IMG/VR virus record: IMGVR_UViG_3300032292_000618
Coordinates: 1 to 64,000 of that record
Source: a virus
Lineage: Duplodnaviria > Caudoviricetes
Reading direction: 5' to 3' (one strand)
Length of the DNA: 64,000 bases
How positions within the stretch are numbered: the stretch's first letter is position 1; every line of letters begins with the position of its first letter. Below the pieces are notes generated by a model, which saw only the letters and a list, made by a program, of their open reading frames with translations, searched no databases and was not told the origin of the DNA. The translations under genes were made by a program, and so were the position numbers. Below, piece by piece: positions 8,201 to 18,238 of this stretch.

Positions 8201-11200
8201 TTTAAAACTAGATAATGATAGATTCCAACTGACTACTGATCCAGAAGGAAAAAATATATTAAACATTATCAGCACAGATTTCGCTACAACTTATTTTGTA
8301 CAATATCCTCCAATTACTGCTAATGTTTTTGGAAAAATTAAAAAAACTGCATCTGCAGTCATTGGATATGGTGCTACAATCATTCCTGTAGTTGAAGGGT
8401 CTGTTACCTCAGTTAGAGTTCAAAGAGGTCTTGCTAAACCTGCTAAACAGTTCTTAGGGTCAAATAATGTAATAAATTATCATAATCGTCCTACAGTTAC
8501 TGTTTTAGAAGGAAAAGATGCATCTTTTGCTACAGTAATAGAAGATGGAAAAATTATTGATGTTATAGTTAAAAATGCTGGAGAAAATTATTTTAATAAT
8601 TTTGAACTTAAAGTTATTGGAAATGGATATGGAGCACTGTTACAACCAGTATTGAGTAATGGAGAAATCTATAATGGACAAGTAAGTTATGGACAAATTA
8701 TAGATGTTATCATAGCAAATCCTGGAGTTGGATATGCTAGTACAAATACAACTATTCAAGTAGTTTCTAAGGGAGAGAACTTAAAGGTCTCTGCTAATTT
8801 AACTTCTTGGACAATAAATGAAGTTACTAAATTAGGAATTTCAAATTTAAATAATGGAACTATTTTTGGCAAAAAATATTCTTTATTTGGAAATATTTTT
8901 GGAACTTTCTTTTTAGATCAAAACCTTAGATCATCCTTTAATATACCAAGCACTCCAGTAAAGCATTCTCCAATAGTTGGATGGGCTTATGATGGGTGTC
9001 CAATTTATGGTCCATACTCATTTGCCAATTCAGATGGAACTGGTGGTGTAGTTAGGATGAAGAGTGGATATTCTAGATCAAAGATTAGTCCACCTTCTAA
9101 TTTAGATTGTATAGAAGATTATATTTTTACAAATTCTGGATCCTTAGATAGAAATAATGGAAGATTTTGCATCACTCCAGAATATCCAGAGGGAATCTAT
9201 GCGTACTTCTGTACATTAGATGATAATAATGTACCTGCGTTTCCATACATTGTAGGAAATAATTATGAATATACTCCACAACAAGAAAATTTTGATTTAA
9301 AATTTAATCAAAATTTAGATTTTAACAAGTTAAACATTGTAAAATATACAAAACCATACAGAATAGAAGACAAAAATAATTATTATGAGTATTTTAAATT
9401 TGAATCCAATTCTCTAGGAAGTGATGCTGTAATTACATCATCATCATCTGGCAAAGTAGATGCTATAAAGATTATTGATTCTGGACTTAATTATGAGATT
9501 GGAGACAAAATATTATTTGATGTTGATAATCTTGGTGGGGTAGGTGCTTATGGAGAAGTTGTAGAGGTTGAAGGTGTAGGTATAACTACCATACAGTATA
9601 CAACAAATACTTTTTCAGATGTTAAACTATTAAGTATAAACACTGGTATATTAGGTATAACTACAATACCTCATAATTTTGCAGACCAAAGTTTTATTAC
9701 AATTACTGGAATTTCAACAACAGATTATTCTGAAATTGAAGGTACTAGAAAAATTAGAATTAATGTAGAGTATCCAATTACTTCTATCGCAAGCACACTT
9801 TCGGATTCAACTACTACTGGTATTATTACTGGACTATCAGTTAAAGAACCTTTATTCTCATATAATATAGATGATCAATTTAAAATTCAAAGTGAAACTT
9901 TTAAAGTAATAGGATTAGATCTTACCAATAACTTATTAAATGTTTTAAGAGAACCATCATCACCTGGGTATGGAATTGGATCAACAGTTATTCCTTTACA
10001 AAATAGATTTACATTTGAATATAAAGGATTAGATAATCCATTAACTCAATTAGATGAAACTTACTATTTTAATCCAGTTCAATCAGTATCTATTGGGTTA
10101 GGAACTTCTGTAGGATTTGGAAATACTTTAGCAATATATCCATTGGGTGTAGGAATATCTATAACAAAATACGTTCAGTATGGGGGATTATATTTACCAA
10201 ATAATAAGTTTAAAACTGGCGATAGAGTAATATATGAATCAAATGCATCAAGTATAGTAACTAATTTAGGAAATCTTGATTCTATATCAGATCTTTTTGT
10301 AATTAAATTGTCTTCAGATATTGTTGGATTAGTCAACGAAAAGAATAAAATTAATGATGCAGCATCTATACTACAGTACACATCAGTTGGAACTGGAATA
10401 TTACACAAATTAACTACTGTAAGAAATGTTACTACTTGCACAACAATTCAAAATAAAGTAAAAGTATCCACTGGAGAAACTCATGGGTTATCAGTTAATG
10501 ATAACATAAAAGTTAGTGTTATTTCTGGAATAGTTACTAATTATACAGTAGGATATTCAACTATAACTAAAAGAGTATTAATTAATTCTCAAGGAAGTGA
10601 TCTAATTAATGTATATGCTAATGATACTGTGTCCTTTGACACTTCATCATTAAGCTTAAGTGGAAAAGAATTTGGAATTTATACAAATGATTCATTTAAT
10701 AATGAATATTTTGGAAATGAAGAGAATGGGTTAGAAGTCATTAAAACTGCTTCAGAACTTAGATTAAACATTAGTGAATTTACCCCAAGAACTCTTTATT
10801 ATAATTTAAAAAATATTACATCTGATGATGAAATTTATCCAGACATATCTCTAAAGGATTATAACAAGATAATAGTAAACAATAGCTTATTCAATGTTGA
10901 TGCCTCTATAAGCACTACTACTGATTATACATTTGAATTTGATGTTGCAATTCAACCAGAAAGACAAAAATATACAAATATATTATCAACATTAAAGTAT
11001 AATGTAAAATCACCAAATGTAAAAGGTCCAATAGGCAAAGCAAAAGTATTGTTTAATGGATCTAATTATAAAAAACTTCCATTAATTAAACAGATAACAA
11101 CAAAAGAAGGAACTGGTGCTAATTTATTTGCATTTAGCAATAGTATAGGAAAACTTAAGAACGCTAAAGTTACAAATACTCAATCAATTTTCCCAACAGA

Positions 11201-13574
11201 TACTACATTAAGACCAGTTTCAAATGTATTTTCTACTATAAAACTAACAAATAACTATGAAGTCATTGATTGTATTATACAATCTCCTGGATCAAAGTAT
11301 TTAACTTCTCCAACTTTAAAATTATACAATAGAACAGAAGACTTAATTAAAGAAGAATTTACTGCAACTGCTATATTAAAAAATACTTCAATAAATGAAA
11401 TTAAAATACTAAATTCAGGATCTAATCTAAAGTCTACTGACGATGAAATTTTAGTATTAGATAATAGTAATGGGATTAGAATACTATCAGCTTCTGTTGC
11501 TGGAATAGACCCATACCAAGTAACATTAACATTAGAAACTCCTTTAATTGGATTTACTACTGAATCTTCATTGCCAATAAAAGTTGGTGATGAAATATTC
11601 GTTGAAAATATAGAAAGTACCTCTGGTGTAGGATTTAACAGCAAAGATTTTAAATATGTTCCATTTAAAGTAACATTTGTAGATCAAGCATTTAATTCTC
11701 AAGATGCTGCTTTGGTTAGATATGAAGTAAATGAATTCCCTGGAATCTTTAATGAAGATCTTACATTTAATGCAATTGTTATAAATTATTCAGATATTGC
11801 CAAAATTACTCCTGTTTTAGGTGAAAGTCAATTTTATAATTCAGAATTTTTAACTGATGAAGTTCAAATTATTGATAATCCAGATAATGATAAAATTACT
11901 AGGGTGTTGAAACTTCATAAGTCTACTGGACTATCTGTTGGCGATTCTGTTTCTGGGTTATCTTCAAAATCAAAAGGAACTATATCAGATATAGGTGATT
12001 TCCCTGCAGTATTTTCAATAGATTCTAGTGTCCCAGAAACAATAGGGTGGAAAGATTTTAGAGGTAATTTATCCAGCATTTTACAAAAATTACCAGATAA
12101 TGATTACTATCAAAAGTTTTCATATTCACTTAAGAGTAAAATTCCATACACTGATTGGAATTCTATAGTTTCAGATATATCTCATGTTACTGGATATAAA
12201 AAATTTGCAGATTTGAGTATTGAGTCTAATCAAATAGTAGGAATTGGAAGTACTAATAATGATTTAAAAGTTAAATCCGATTTTACATCTTCTGTTAATG
12301 TTGTATTAACATCATATTCTCAAGTAAATACCATTTCAAACTTTGATTTAGTTGTTGAAGAAGATATTGACGAAAGTGAAGGTGCATATTCTGAATTCAT
12401 TAAATTTAAAACTAGAAAATTATCAGATTATATTTTATCAACTCAAAATAGAGTTCTTTCTATTGATGATATTTCCTCATTATTTGATACTGATAATGCT
12501 CCATTTGTTGTAGTCCCTCTAGATGACGTAGATACTACTGAAAATATTGTATTAAAGTATTTCTTCTTTATTGGAGCTACTTCATCATTCTTTGGAGAAT
12601 TTGTAAAACCTGAAGTATTAGATTTATTTGTAACTAGAAATAATGATACTATAAATTTATCATCTTATGGATATTATTATGATTTCTTCACTTCAAGTGG
12701 AGCAGCTGCTCTTCCTTTAGGAGACATTCAAGGAGCAATCAGTCCTACTAATGGAGATGAAATAACTATTAACTTTATTCCAAGGAATATATTTAATAGT
12801 TATGCTATTAGAGCAGTTAAAGAAACTGCAAATGTTTCTGTTGGGATTGCCACAACTTCTTTTGGATATATTAGAAATGTAGAATCTACTGGAATATATA
12901 CATCTACTCCATCACCAGCTACTAGTACTTTCTATAGTATTCCTCTATCAGATTGTGTTGCTGGGTCTGTATTTTTGGGAATATCTTCAGCTCCAAAAAG
13001 AGTTGAAAATGCATTTGAGATAAGTTTTGTCAAAAATCAAAACAACATCATAGATTATAATATTTTTGCAGAACAAAAATATAAGGAACTTGGAGTATTT
13101 GGTATAACCACTAGTGCTGGAAATATACAATTTACATTTACACCTCCAACTGGAATTGGAGTGACTTTATTTACTAATTTTAACTTTATAACCAATACTT
13201 ATGATGTTCCAAATGAAAAAATTAAAGAATTGAGTAGAGTTAGAAGTAACCAAGTAATATATACTGGATCAAGTGCTGTATCAATCTCTACAGTAAGTTC
13301 TGCATATGCAGCAACAAAATATATAATCGAAGCTACTAAAACTGTAGGATTAAGTACTCAAAAATCTTTAGTTCAAATAAATTCTCTTCACTTCCAAGAT
13401 TATTCTAATAACACAGTTTATGGAATAATTGGAGACTTCCCACAAGATGAATTAGACTTTGAAACCATATTAAATCCTCTAACTAGTGAGTACGTATTAA
13501 CATTTAATCCCACTGTTTCAGCTACCTATAGATTTAGATATCTTGAAAAGAGCGTTCTAAATCCAAACACTTAA
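5220..13574 (+). CDS. gp7: Giant baseplate wedge initiator (gp7-like), N-terminal part, with YHYH-type domain
   Basis: QLPEF and FY.SKGT motifs, HSPIVGWAYDG.PIYGPY / LD.NNGRFC.TPEYP.G.YAYF, DNDYYQKFSYS; located between gp6 and gp8. Confidence 0.8.
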   Translation: MNNEKKVIKISDVVKNQLPEFILEENPNFSEFLNQYYVSQEYTGGPVDLSENLSDYKNVESFDKINLIKSTTLTSDASFIDSEIYVESTNGWPNSYGLFKINNEIITYTGITTNSFLGCIRGFSGIESLSSEDNPEVLVFSKTESDFHSEGDSVINLSNLFLVEFFNKIKYQFTPGFEEVELDSKINPQNFISKAKSFYQSKGTDEAYQILFKVLYDEDVKIIKPREFCFTSSDDKWVVTETFVCDLISGDPLKIKGQTLYQDSDPYNSNVLEANGSIYEVESFKLDNKILYKIKIFAGYSNNISPKGSISGVFVSTPKTYSVENVDVESTTIFVDSTVGFPQSGILNINGTEYTYSDKTNNQFTQVTGITSTTVIGRKSEIYGSNFVYSYEDGNTSSIVKLKVNNVLSGIRSSETLYALDNDPIRIENIGNTVDTTFTKSLYYNHPLTIPSGISTTQITDTTRNYFKEGFSVVNGLALCKYNHNLKLGDTVNLFAQSTEGYDLILSGLSVNTSLSKEFSVQQISNPSVLGKKVLFRRNLKKTKATPFTKLYNNIQNKFTSNIQDCYVDDNYYYVTSNGLPDYEINPYIREFSFTVNVSTLVGTHNFYDGEAVKVVSYTTSTNYNNKVGIATGVTYYVTRLSSNTLGLTENRDNVGNTSINFFEYDNEGNLFGTIDEIVLISSPLYGNNFTSSKLFKKIPKNLEFSKTKVETSAGPIGIFVNGVEIQNYKSYDKIYYGQIETVDVLNGGTNYSLINPPSFQIFSGTEEDQDTFLIPQMKGVLKELIVVNSGYDYEDTPIVTITGGNNDELSAQVKMKSIDKQIQFNATTRDTVVNTVTNDLRFGRNHGFITGEPIVYETFNTIPIGIGSIVSDGTLLNNSVYYAVNIGAGTSIKLALNQEDAIAERNLINIRTTGGGIQRFKSLNKIQVIDKVNVLGQNINFEYKKLSFGPEDVNVYDNIFTSIDHQFNTRDKVVITVEGTYLDGATPNQIYYILKLDNDRFQLTTDPEGKNILNIISTDFATTYFVQYPPITANVFGKIKKTASAVIGYGATIIPVVEGSVTSVRVQRGLAKPAKQFLGSNNVINYHNRPTVTVLEGKDASFATVIEDGKIIDVIVKNAGENYFNNFELKVIGNGYGALLQPVLSNGEIYNGQVSYGQIIDVIIANPGVGYASTNTTIQVVSKGENLKVSANLTSWTINEVTKLGISNLNNGTIFGKKYSLFGNIFGTFFLDQNLRSSFNIPSTPVKHSPIVGWAYDGCPIYGPYSFANSDGTGGVVRMKSGYSRSKISPPSNLDCIEDYIFTNSGSLDRNNGRFCITPEYPEGIYAYFCTLDDNNVPAFPYIVGNNYEYTPQQENFDLKFNQNLDFNKLNIVKYTKPYRIEDKNNYYEYFKFESNSLGSDAVITSSSSGKVDAIKIIDSGLNYEIGDKILFDVDNLGGVGAYGEVVEVEGVGITTIQYTTNTFSDVKLLSINTGILGITTIPHNFADQSFITITGISTTDYSEIEGTRKIRINVEYPITSIASTLSDSTTTGIITGLSVKEPLFSYNIDDQFKIQSETFKVIGLDLTNNLLNVLREPSSPGYGIGSTVIPLQNRFTFEYKGLDNPLTQLDETYYFNPVQSVSIGLGTSVGFGNTLAIYPLGVGISITKYVQYGGLYLPNNKFKTGDRVIYESNASSIVTNLGNLDSISDLFVIKLSSDIVGLVNEKNKINDAASILQYTSVGTGILHKLTTVRNVTTCTTIQNKVKVSTGETHGLSVNDNIKVSVISGIVTNYTVGYSTITKRVLINSQGSDLINVYANDTVSFDTSSLSLSGKEFGIYTNDSFNNEYFGNEENGLEVIKTASELRLNISEFTPRTLYYNLKNITSDDEIYPDISLKDYNKIIVNNSLFNVDASISTTTDYTFEFDVAIQPERQKYTNILSTLKYNVKSPNVKGPIGKAKVLFNGSNYKKLPLIKQITTKEGTGANLFAFSNSIGKLKNAKVTNTQSIFPTDTTLRPVSNVFSTIKLTNNYEVIDCIIQSPGSKYLTSPTLKLYNRTEDLIKEEFTATAILKNTSINEIKILNSGSNLKSTDDEILVLDNSNGIRILSASVAGIDPYQVTLTLETPLIGFTTESSLPIKVGDEIFVENIESTSGVGFNSKDFKYVPFKVTFVDQAFNSQDAALVRYEVNEFPGIFNEDLTFNAIVINYSDIAKITPVLGESQFYNSEFLTDEVQIIDNPDNDKITRVLKLHKSTGLSVGDSVSGLSSKSKGTISDIGDFPAVFSIDSSVPETIGWKDFRGNLSSILQKLPDNDYYQKFSYSLKSKIPYTDWNSIVSDISHVTGYKKFADLSIESNQIVGIGSTNNDLKVKSDFTSSVNVVLTSYSQVNTISNFDLVVEEDIDESEGAYSEFIKFKTRKLSDYILSTQNRVLSIDDISSLFDTDNAPFVVVPLDDVDTTENIVLKYFFFIGATSSFFGEFVKPEVLDLFVTRNNDTINLSSYGYYYDFFTSSGAAALPLGDIQGAISPTNGDEITINFIPRNIFNSYAIRAVKETANVSVGIATTSFGYIRNVESTGIYTSTPSPATSTFYSIPLSDCVAGSVFLGISSAPKRVENAFEISFVKNQNNIIDYNIFAEQKYKELGVFGITTSAGNIQFTFTPPTGIGVTLFTNFNFITNTYDVPNEKIKELSRVRSNQVIYTGSSAVSISTVSSAYAATKYIIEATKTVGLSTQKSLVQINSLHFQDYSNNTVYGIIGDFPQDELDFETILNPLTSEYVLTFNPTVSATYRFRYLEKSVLNPNT

Positions 13575-13580
13575 TTATCT

Positions 13581-13588
13581 AATAAATA
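13581..13588 (+). promoter_or_regulatory. T4-type late promoter
   Basis: AATAAATA 10 nt before ATG 13598. Confidence 0.6.
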
Positions 13589-13597
13589 TTTCTAAAA

Positions 13598-16500
13598 ATG
13601 CCAGCTAACGACATTGGTGCCATTTATACTCCTTCAATCTATGGAAGAACTTCATTTCCATTGAGACATGAAGGAGATCCCATATTTTATAAAACATTTG
13701 ATGGATCAGACTCTCGTGTAGTAGGTATAACTTCAGACAAAATAAAAATAATAAATCATTTCTTCAAGACTGGGGAAAAATTAGTATATAATTGTGGATC
13801 TGGCACCTCTATTGGAATAAGTACTTTAAGTCCAGGTTGGTCTAGTGGAATAGGTACGTTCTTACCAACAGTAGTTTATCCAATAGTTTTAGACAAAGAT
13901 AACATTAGAGTTGCATTAGCTTCAAGTTTAGCTTTAGATGGAGAATATGTAAATATTAATACTTTAGGAATTGGAACTGTTCATAGTTTATTAGCTGAAA
14001 AACAAACTTCTAAAACTTTAATATCTATAGACAATGTAATTCAATCTCCAATTTCAGTTGGATCTACAGTAGCAATATCAACTTATACTAACACATCTTT
14101 AAGAATAGATAAATTAAAAAATGTTAAATTAGGATCATTTTTAAAAATAAAATCAGAAATAGTAAAAATTTCTGCTATTGATTATCAACTACAAACTGGA
14201 ACATATCCCGGATATAATGTATCCATTTCTAGGGGTACTGGTGTGATGGGAACTCCACAAATTAACTTTAATGATTCTATAAAAAATGACTATCTAAGCG
14301 TGTTATCTGGAAATTATAATATAGTCAGGGACATTATTTATTTTGCAGATGCTCCATTAGAAGGAAAAAGAATTAATATAGTTGTTCCTGTCTCAAGTAT
14401 AGATTTTGAAACTGATTCATTCTCATACTTTAGTGATGAAATTATTACAGGATCACAATGTGTATTTTATTCCGAAAATCCACCAGTAGAACTTACAAAT
14501 GGAGGAATATATTATTTAATTAGATCTTCCAATAATACATTCCAATTTGCAGAGAGTTTATTTGATTCATTTAATGGTGCTTTTGTAGAATTTTCTACTA
14601 ATACTGGAAATGAATTTATAGTGCAAGATTTCCAACTTTTCTTAGTCCTTCCAAGAGAAAATAGTAGTTTTCATGGAAGAGTATTTTTAAGATCAAATTA
14701 TGATGGAAATTATGTATTTGATGATGTATCAGAACAATTTACAGGAATAACAAGTTCATTTGAATTAAAAGTTTCTGGAATAAGTACTGTTGGAATCACA
14801 AGCGATAATGGAATAGTTTTGGTCAACAATGTATTCCAATATCCAGAATCTAGTGAAGCATTTGATTATAGAGAGGTTGGTATTGGCAGCACTCCAACTC
14901 AAACTTTTATAGATTTTAAAGGATCAGCAGCATCTAAAACTTATGATGTTAATGTAAAAGGTCTTCCAAGAGGGGGAATTATAGTTGGATATGGAATATC
15001 AAGTGGATTGAATTACTCCCCATTAAGACCTGCATCAGGAGTAGCTGTAGTGTCCTCTGCTGGAACTATAACATCAGTAATTATTGGAAGTCCTGGATCT
15101 GGATATAGATCTGGAATTACAACATATTATGTTGAGTTTGAAGATGGGGAGGGTTATGGTAGTGGAGCTTTAGCAATTGCAACTCCAAATTCAGATGGTT
15201 TAATCTCTAGTGTTGGTGTTTTAACTGGAGGGTCTGGGTACAGATATAATGGACTTTCAACATCTTTAACTACCACAATTAATGCATTAGATCCAAACGG
15301 AACTCCAATAGGAGTTGGAACAACATCAATATTTGGATCATTTAGAGGATCTCCGGTTAATTTATTAAACCCAGGATTTGTTAAAATTGAAAATGAAGTA
15401 ATTCAATATACTGGAATTAATAATTCAACTAGTCAATTAACAGGAACTGTAAGAGGTCAATTTGATACTGTAGGAACGCTTCACAACTCAGGAGTAACTG
15501 TAGAAAAATTTGAATTCTTCTATACTGCTAAATTTGATGCACCTTCTCCGTATGAAAATATACCATTATCTGGATCTTCTACTGGAATAGGAGCTTCAGT
15601 TTCTTTTGACATTGATCCTGAAGGAAGAATAAAAGATTTAATATTTACTAATCGTGGATATAATTATAAAACTGAAGATGTACTATTTCCATCTGGGACT
15701 ATTGGAGTTGGAACACAAACCCAAGACGATAAGTTAAAAATTACTATAAATGAGGTAGCAAAGGATGATTTTGCTGCTTGGAATATTGGACAGTTGTACA
15801 AATTAAATGATCTTACTGATAAAGTAAATGGTAAACGAAAAGTATTTGTTTTAACTGAAACAATAGATGGAGAAATTAGGAGAACTAGTTTGGAATCAGA
15901 TCCTGGATCTGATATAGATTTATCATACAACCTTTTAGTTTTTATTAATGATATTTTACAAATACCTGATAAATCATATACATTTCCAGGAGGGTCTCAA
16001 CTTGTATTCACTGAAGCACCAGCTAAAGGAAGCACAGTAAAAGTTTATTTTTATTTTGGATATTTTGGAGATGCAAATTTATTCCAAAGTCAAACTGACG
16101 TTAAGGAGGGTGATAAATTAAGAATACAAAGAGATATTTTTGAGGCTCCTCCATTTGAACAGTTAGATAGAACCGCAAAGAGAGTAGTAAGCTCAGACAC
16201 ACTAAGAACTGAAGTATATTCAAATATTGGATTGTCTGAAGAATCTTCTCAATTTAGATCTATTTCTTGGACTCCTCAGGTAGCGGATAAGATTATTAAT
16301 GGAGAAATAGTTAGTAAATCTAGATCAGAATGGAGATCTGGGATAACTAGTATATCAAAATTATTCATAAACACTACAGTTGGAATAGTTACAGTAGCTA
16401 TTAGTACATCTCCAGGATCATTCAGTGGAATAAGTACAAATATAATTGGAATTAATACCAATGCAGGAATTGGTAGTTTGGTTCAAGTTGGAGATTATGT

Positions 16501-16666
16501 AGAGGGGTCTTACATTGGGGTTGGAGTAACTATTGTATCAATAGGATCTAGCATTATTAATATAGGATCTCCAGGAATTTCTACTAATTATCTTGGGGAT
16601 ACATCATATTCAAGTTCACCAGCAGGAATCAACACTATTCCTTTAACTTTTTATAGGATCAGCTAA
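13598..16666 (+). CDS. Baseplate-associated structural protein (gp7-like C-terminal part)
   Basis: LISIDNVIQSP, FDDVSEQF.G and LLVFINDILQ.P..SY repeats typical of cyanophage baseplate proteins; precedes gp8. Confidence 0.7.
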   Translation: MPANDIGAIYTPSIYGRTSFPLRHEGDPIFYKTFDGSDSRVVGITSDKIKIINHFFKTGEKLVYNCGSGTSIGISTLSPGWSSGIGTFLPTVVYPIVLDKDNIRVALASSLALDGEYVNINTLGIGTVHSLLAEKQTSKTLISIDNVIQSPISVGSTVAISTYTNTSLRIDKLKNVKLGSFLKIKSEIVKISAIDYQLQTGTYPGYNVSISRGTGVMGTPQINFNDSIKNDYLSVLSGNYNIVRDIIYFADAPLEGKRINIVVPVSSIDFETDSFSYFSDEIITGSQCVFYSENPPVELTNGGIYYLIRSSNNTFQFAESLFDSFNGAFVEFSTNTGNEFIVQDFQLFLVLPRENSSFHGRVFLRSNYDGNYVFDDVSEQFTGITSSFELKVSGISTVGITSDNGIVLVNNVFQYPESSEAFDYREVGIGSTPTQTFIDFKGSAASKTYDVNVKGLPRGGIIVGYGISSGLNYSPLRPASGVAVVSSAGTITSVIIGSPGSGYRSGITTYYVEFEDGEGYGSGALAIATPNSDGLISSVGVLTGGSGYRYNGLSTSLTTTINALDPNGTPIGVGTTSIFGSFRGSPVNLLNPGFVKIENEVIQYTGINNSTSQLTGTVRGQFDTVGTLHNSGVTVEKFEFFYTAKFDAPSPYENIPLSGSSTGIGASVSFDIDPEGRIKDLIFTNRGYNYKTEDVLFPSGTIGVGTQTQDDKLKITINEVAKDDFAAWNIGQLYKLNDLTDKVNGKRKVFVLTETIDGEIRRTSLESDPGSDIDLSYNLLVFINDILQIPDKSYTFPGGSQLVFTEAPAKGSTVKVYFYFGYFGDANLFQSQTDVKEGDKLRIQRDIFEAPPFEQLDRTAKRVVSSDTLRTEVYSNIGLSEESSQFRSISWTPQVADKIINGEIVSKSRSEWRSGITSISKLFINTTVGIVTVAISTSPGSFSGISTNIIGINTNAGIGSLVQVGDYVEGSYIGVGVTIVSIGSSIINIGSPGISTNYLGDTSYSSSPAGINTIPLTFYRIS

Positions 16667-16672
16667 TAAATA
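16665..16672 (+). promoter_or_regulatory. Late promoter for gp8
   Basis: AATAAATA. Confidence 0.6.
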
Positions 16673-16692
16673 ACAATAAAGTATAATATCAA

Positions 16693-18234
16693 ATGTCAGC
16701 AATTATAACTGATAACTTAAGATTACTAAACTGCTCCAATTTTATAAATGATGTAAAAACTGGCAGTTATTACATATTCTTAGGTCTTCCAAATGCATCT
16801 GCATTAGATTCTAATTGGGATAATGTTCCTCCAGATCCTATTGATAGTGGTCTATATTTAAATTCTTATAAAGATACTATACTTGGTGTTAAAAAGATTA
16901 CTGCTTCTGATATAATTAGAGTAATCCCCAAAAATCAATGGATAGGTGGAAGAAAATATGATATGTATAGGCACGACTATAGTGTTTATAACATATCTCC
17001 AGTGACTTCAGCTACTAGACTATATGATTCTTTATACTATGTTATTAATAGTGAGTTTAGAGTCTATATTTGTATTAGTAATGGTTCTGCCCCATCTAAT
17101 GAAAACAAAGGAGTAATCTCTACTGAAGAACCTATTCATACAGACGTATCACCAAGAAAAGAGAGTGATGGGTATGTTTGGAAATATTTGTACACATTAA
17201 ATCCCGCAGATGTTTTAAAATTTGATTCTACAGATTACATTAGTGTTCCAAATGACTGGACAACTACTACCAATGCAGAAATATCTAGAATTAGAAATAA
17301 TTCATTCAATGGAAGAATTGAAACTATTTTAATTGAAAAACAAGCACAGTACAATTTTTTTGGAACTTTAACTGGAGTTCCAATTAAAGGAGATGGATTT
17401 GGTGGAGAAGCTAGCGTAACTTTTGATGAAGAGTCAAAACCTATTTCAGTTGAAGTTACTAATGGTGGATTTGAATATACTTATGCAACATTAGATTTAG
17501 ATTCAATAATTCCACCATTAAGTGGAGAAAAAGCAATTTTTAATGTCATAATTCCTCCAACTGGTGGACATGGTAGAGATATTTACAATGAATTGGGTTC
17601 AAATAGAGTTTTAATTTATAGTAGAATTGAGAATGATTCAACTAATCCAGATTTTATAGTAGGAAATCAATTTTCAAGAGTTGGTATAATTAAAAATGTT
17701 AAAACTTTTGGATCTAATTCTACTTTTACTGACAGCACTGGATCTGGAGTATATGCTGCAAAGCTGAATGCATCTACTATTACTGAATCTTTAGATTCTA
17801 AAATGACTCAAGCATCAACAAGTGCTCAAGGAAATTTAGTTAGTTTTGATTCAACAACAAAAGTTCTAAGATATATTCAACCTAGAACTAATTACATGGA
17901 TACTTATGTTACGGGAAACGTAGTTACAATAGATTATAATTATTCTAAGAGTGTAAGTGGCATTCAATCTGCTACAACATATGATCAAAATGAATTTGAT
18001 AACTCAACTCCAATTCAAATAGGAAGTAATTTATACACAATAGATACTACATTTACTGGAAGTTCCGTAACTGTTGGATCAGTTACATATTATCTTGGAC
18101 AAAGTTTTGGATCAGGTCTATCTGGCCCAGACATAAATATAAAGAGTGGTGAGATTATCTATGTTGACAATAGATCTTCAGTAACTAGAGCATCACAGCA
18201 AAGAGAAGACATTAAAATTGTTTTAGAATTCTAA
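16693..18234 (+). CDS. gp8: Baseplate wedge subunit gp8
   Basis: MSAIITD..R, YDMYRHDY, VYICI.N, DGYVWKYLY, C-terminal EDIKIVLEF. Confidence 0.9.
   Translation: MSAIITDNLRLLNCSNFINDVKTGSYYIFLGLPNASALDSNWDNVPPDPIDSGLYLNSYKDTILGVKKITASDIIRVIPKNQWIGGRKYDMYRHDYSVYNISPVTSATRLYDSLYYVINSEFRVYICISNGSAPSNENKGVISTEEPIHTDVSPRKESDGYVWKYLYTLNPADVLKFDSTDYISVPNDWTTTTNAEISRIRNNSFNGRIETILIEKQAQYNFFGTLTGVPIKGDGFGGEASVTFDEESKPISVEVTNGGFEYTYATLDLDSIIPPLSGEKAIFNVIIPPTGGHGRDIYNELGSNRVLIYSRIENDSTNPDFIVGNQFSRVGIIKNVKTFGSNSTFTDSTGSGVYAAKLNASTITESLDSKMTQASTSAQGNLVSFDSTTKVLRYIQPRTNYMDTYVTGNVVTIDYNYSKSVSGIQSATTYDQNEFDNSTPIQIGSNLYTIDTTFTGSSVTVGSVTYYLGQSFGSGLSGPDINIKSGEIIYVDNRSSVTRASQQREDIKIVLEF
18132..18139 (+). promoter_or_regulatory. 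Late promoter inside the gp8 3' end, serving the VrlC-like gene
   Basis: CATAAATA about 100 nt before ATG 18239. Confidence 0.45.
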
Positions 18235-18238
18235 GAAA

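Noticed and set aside
13560-13600. Programmed frameshift or readthrough fusing the two gp7-like ORFs
   Set aside because: The gap contains a late promoter box and further stops, and has no slippery site; independent expression is simpler
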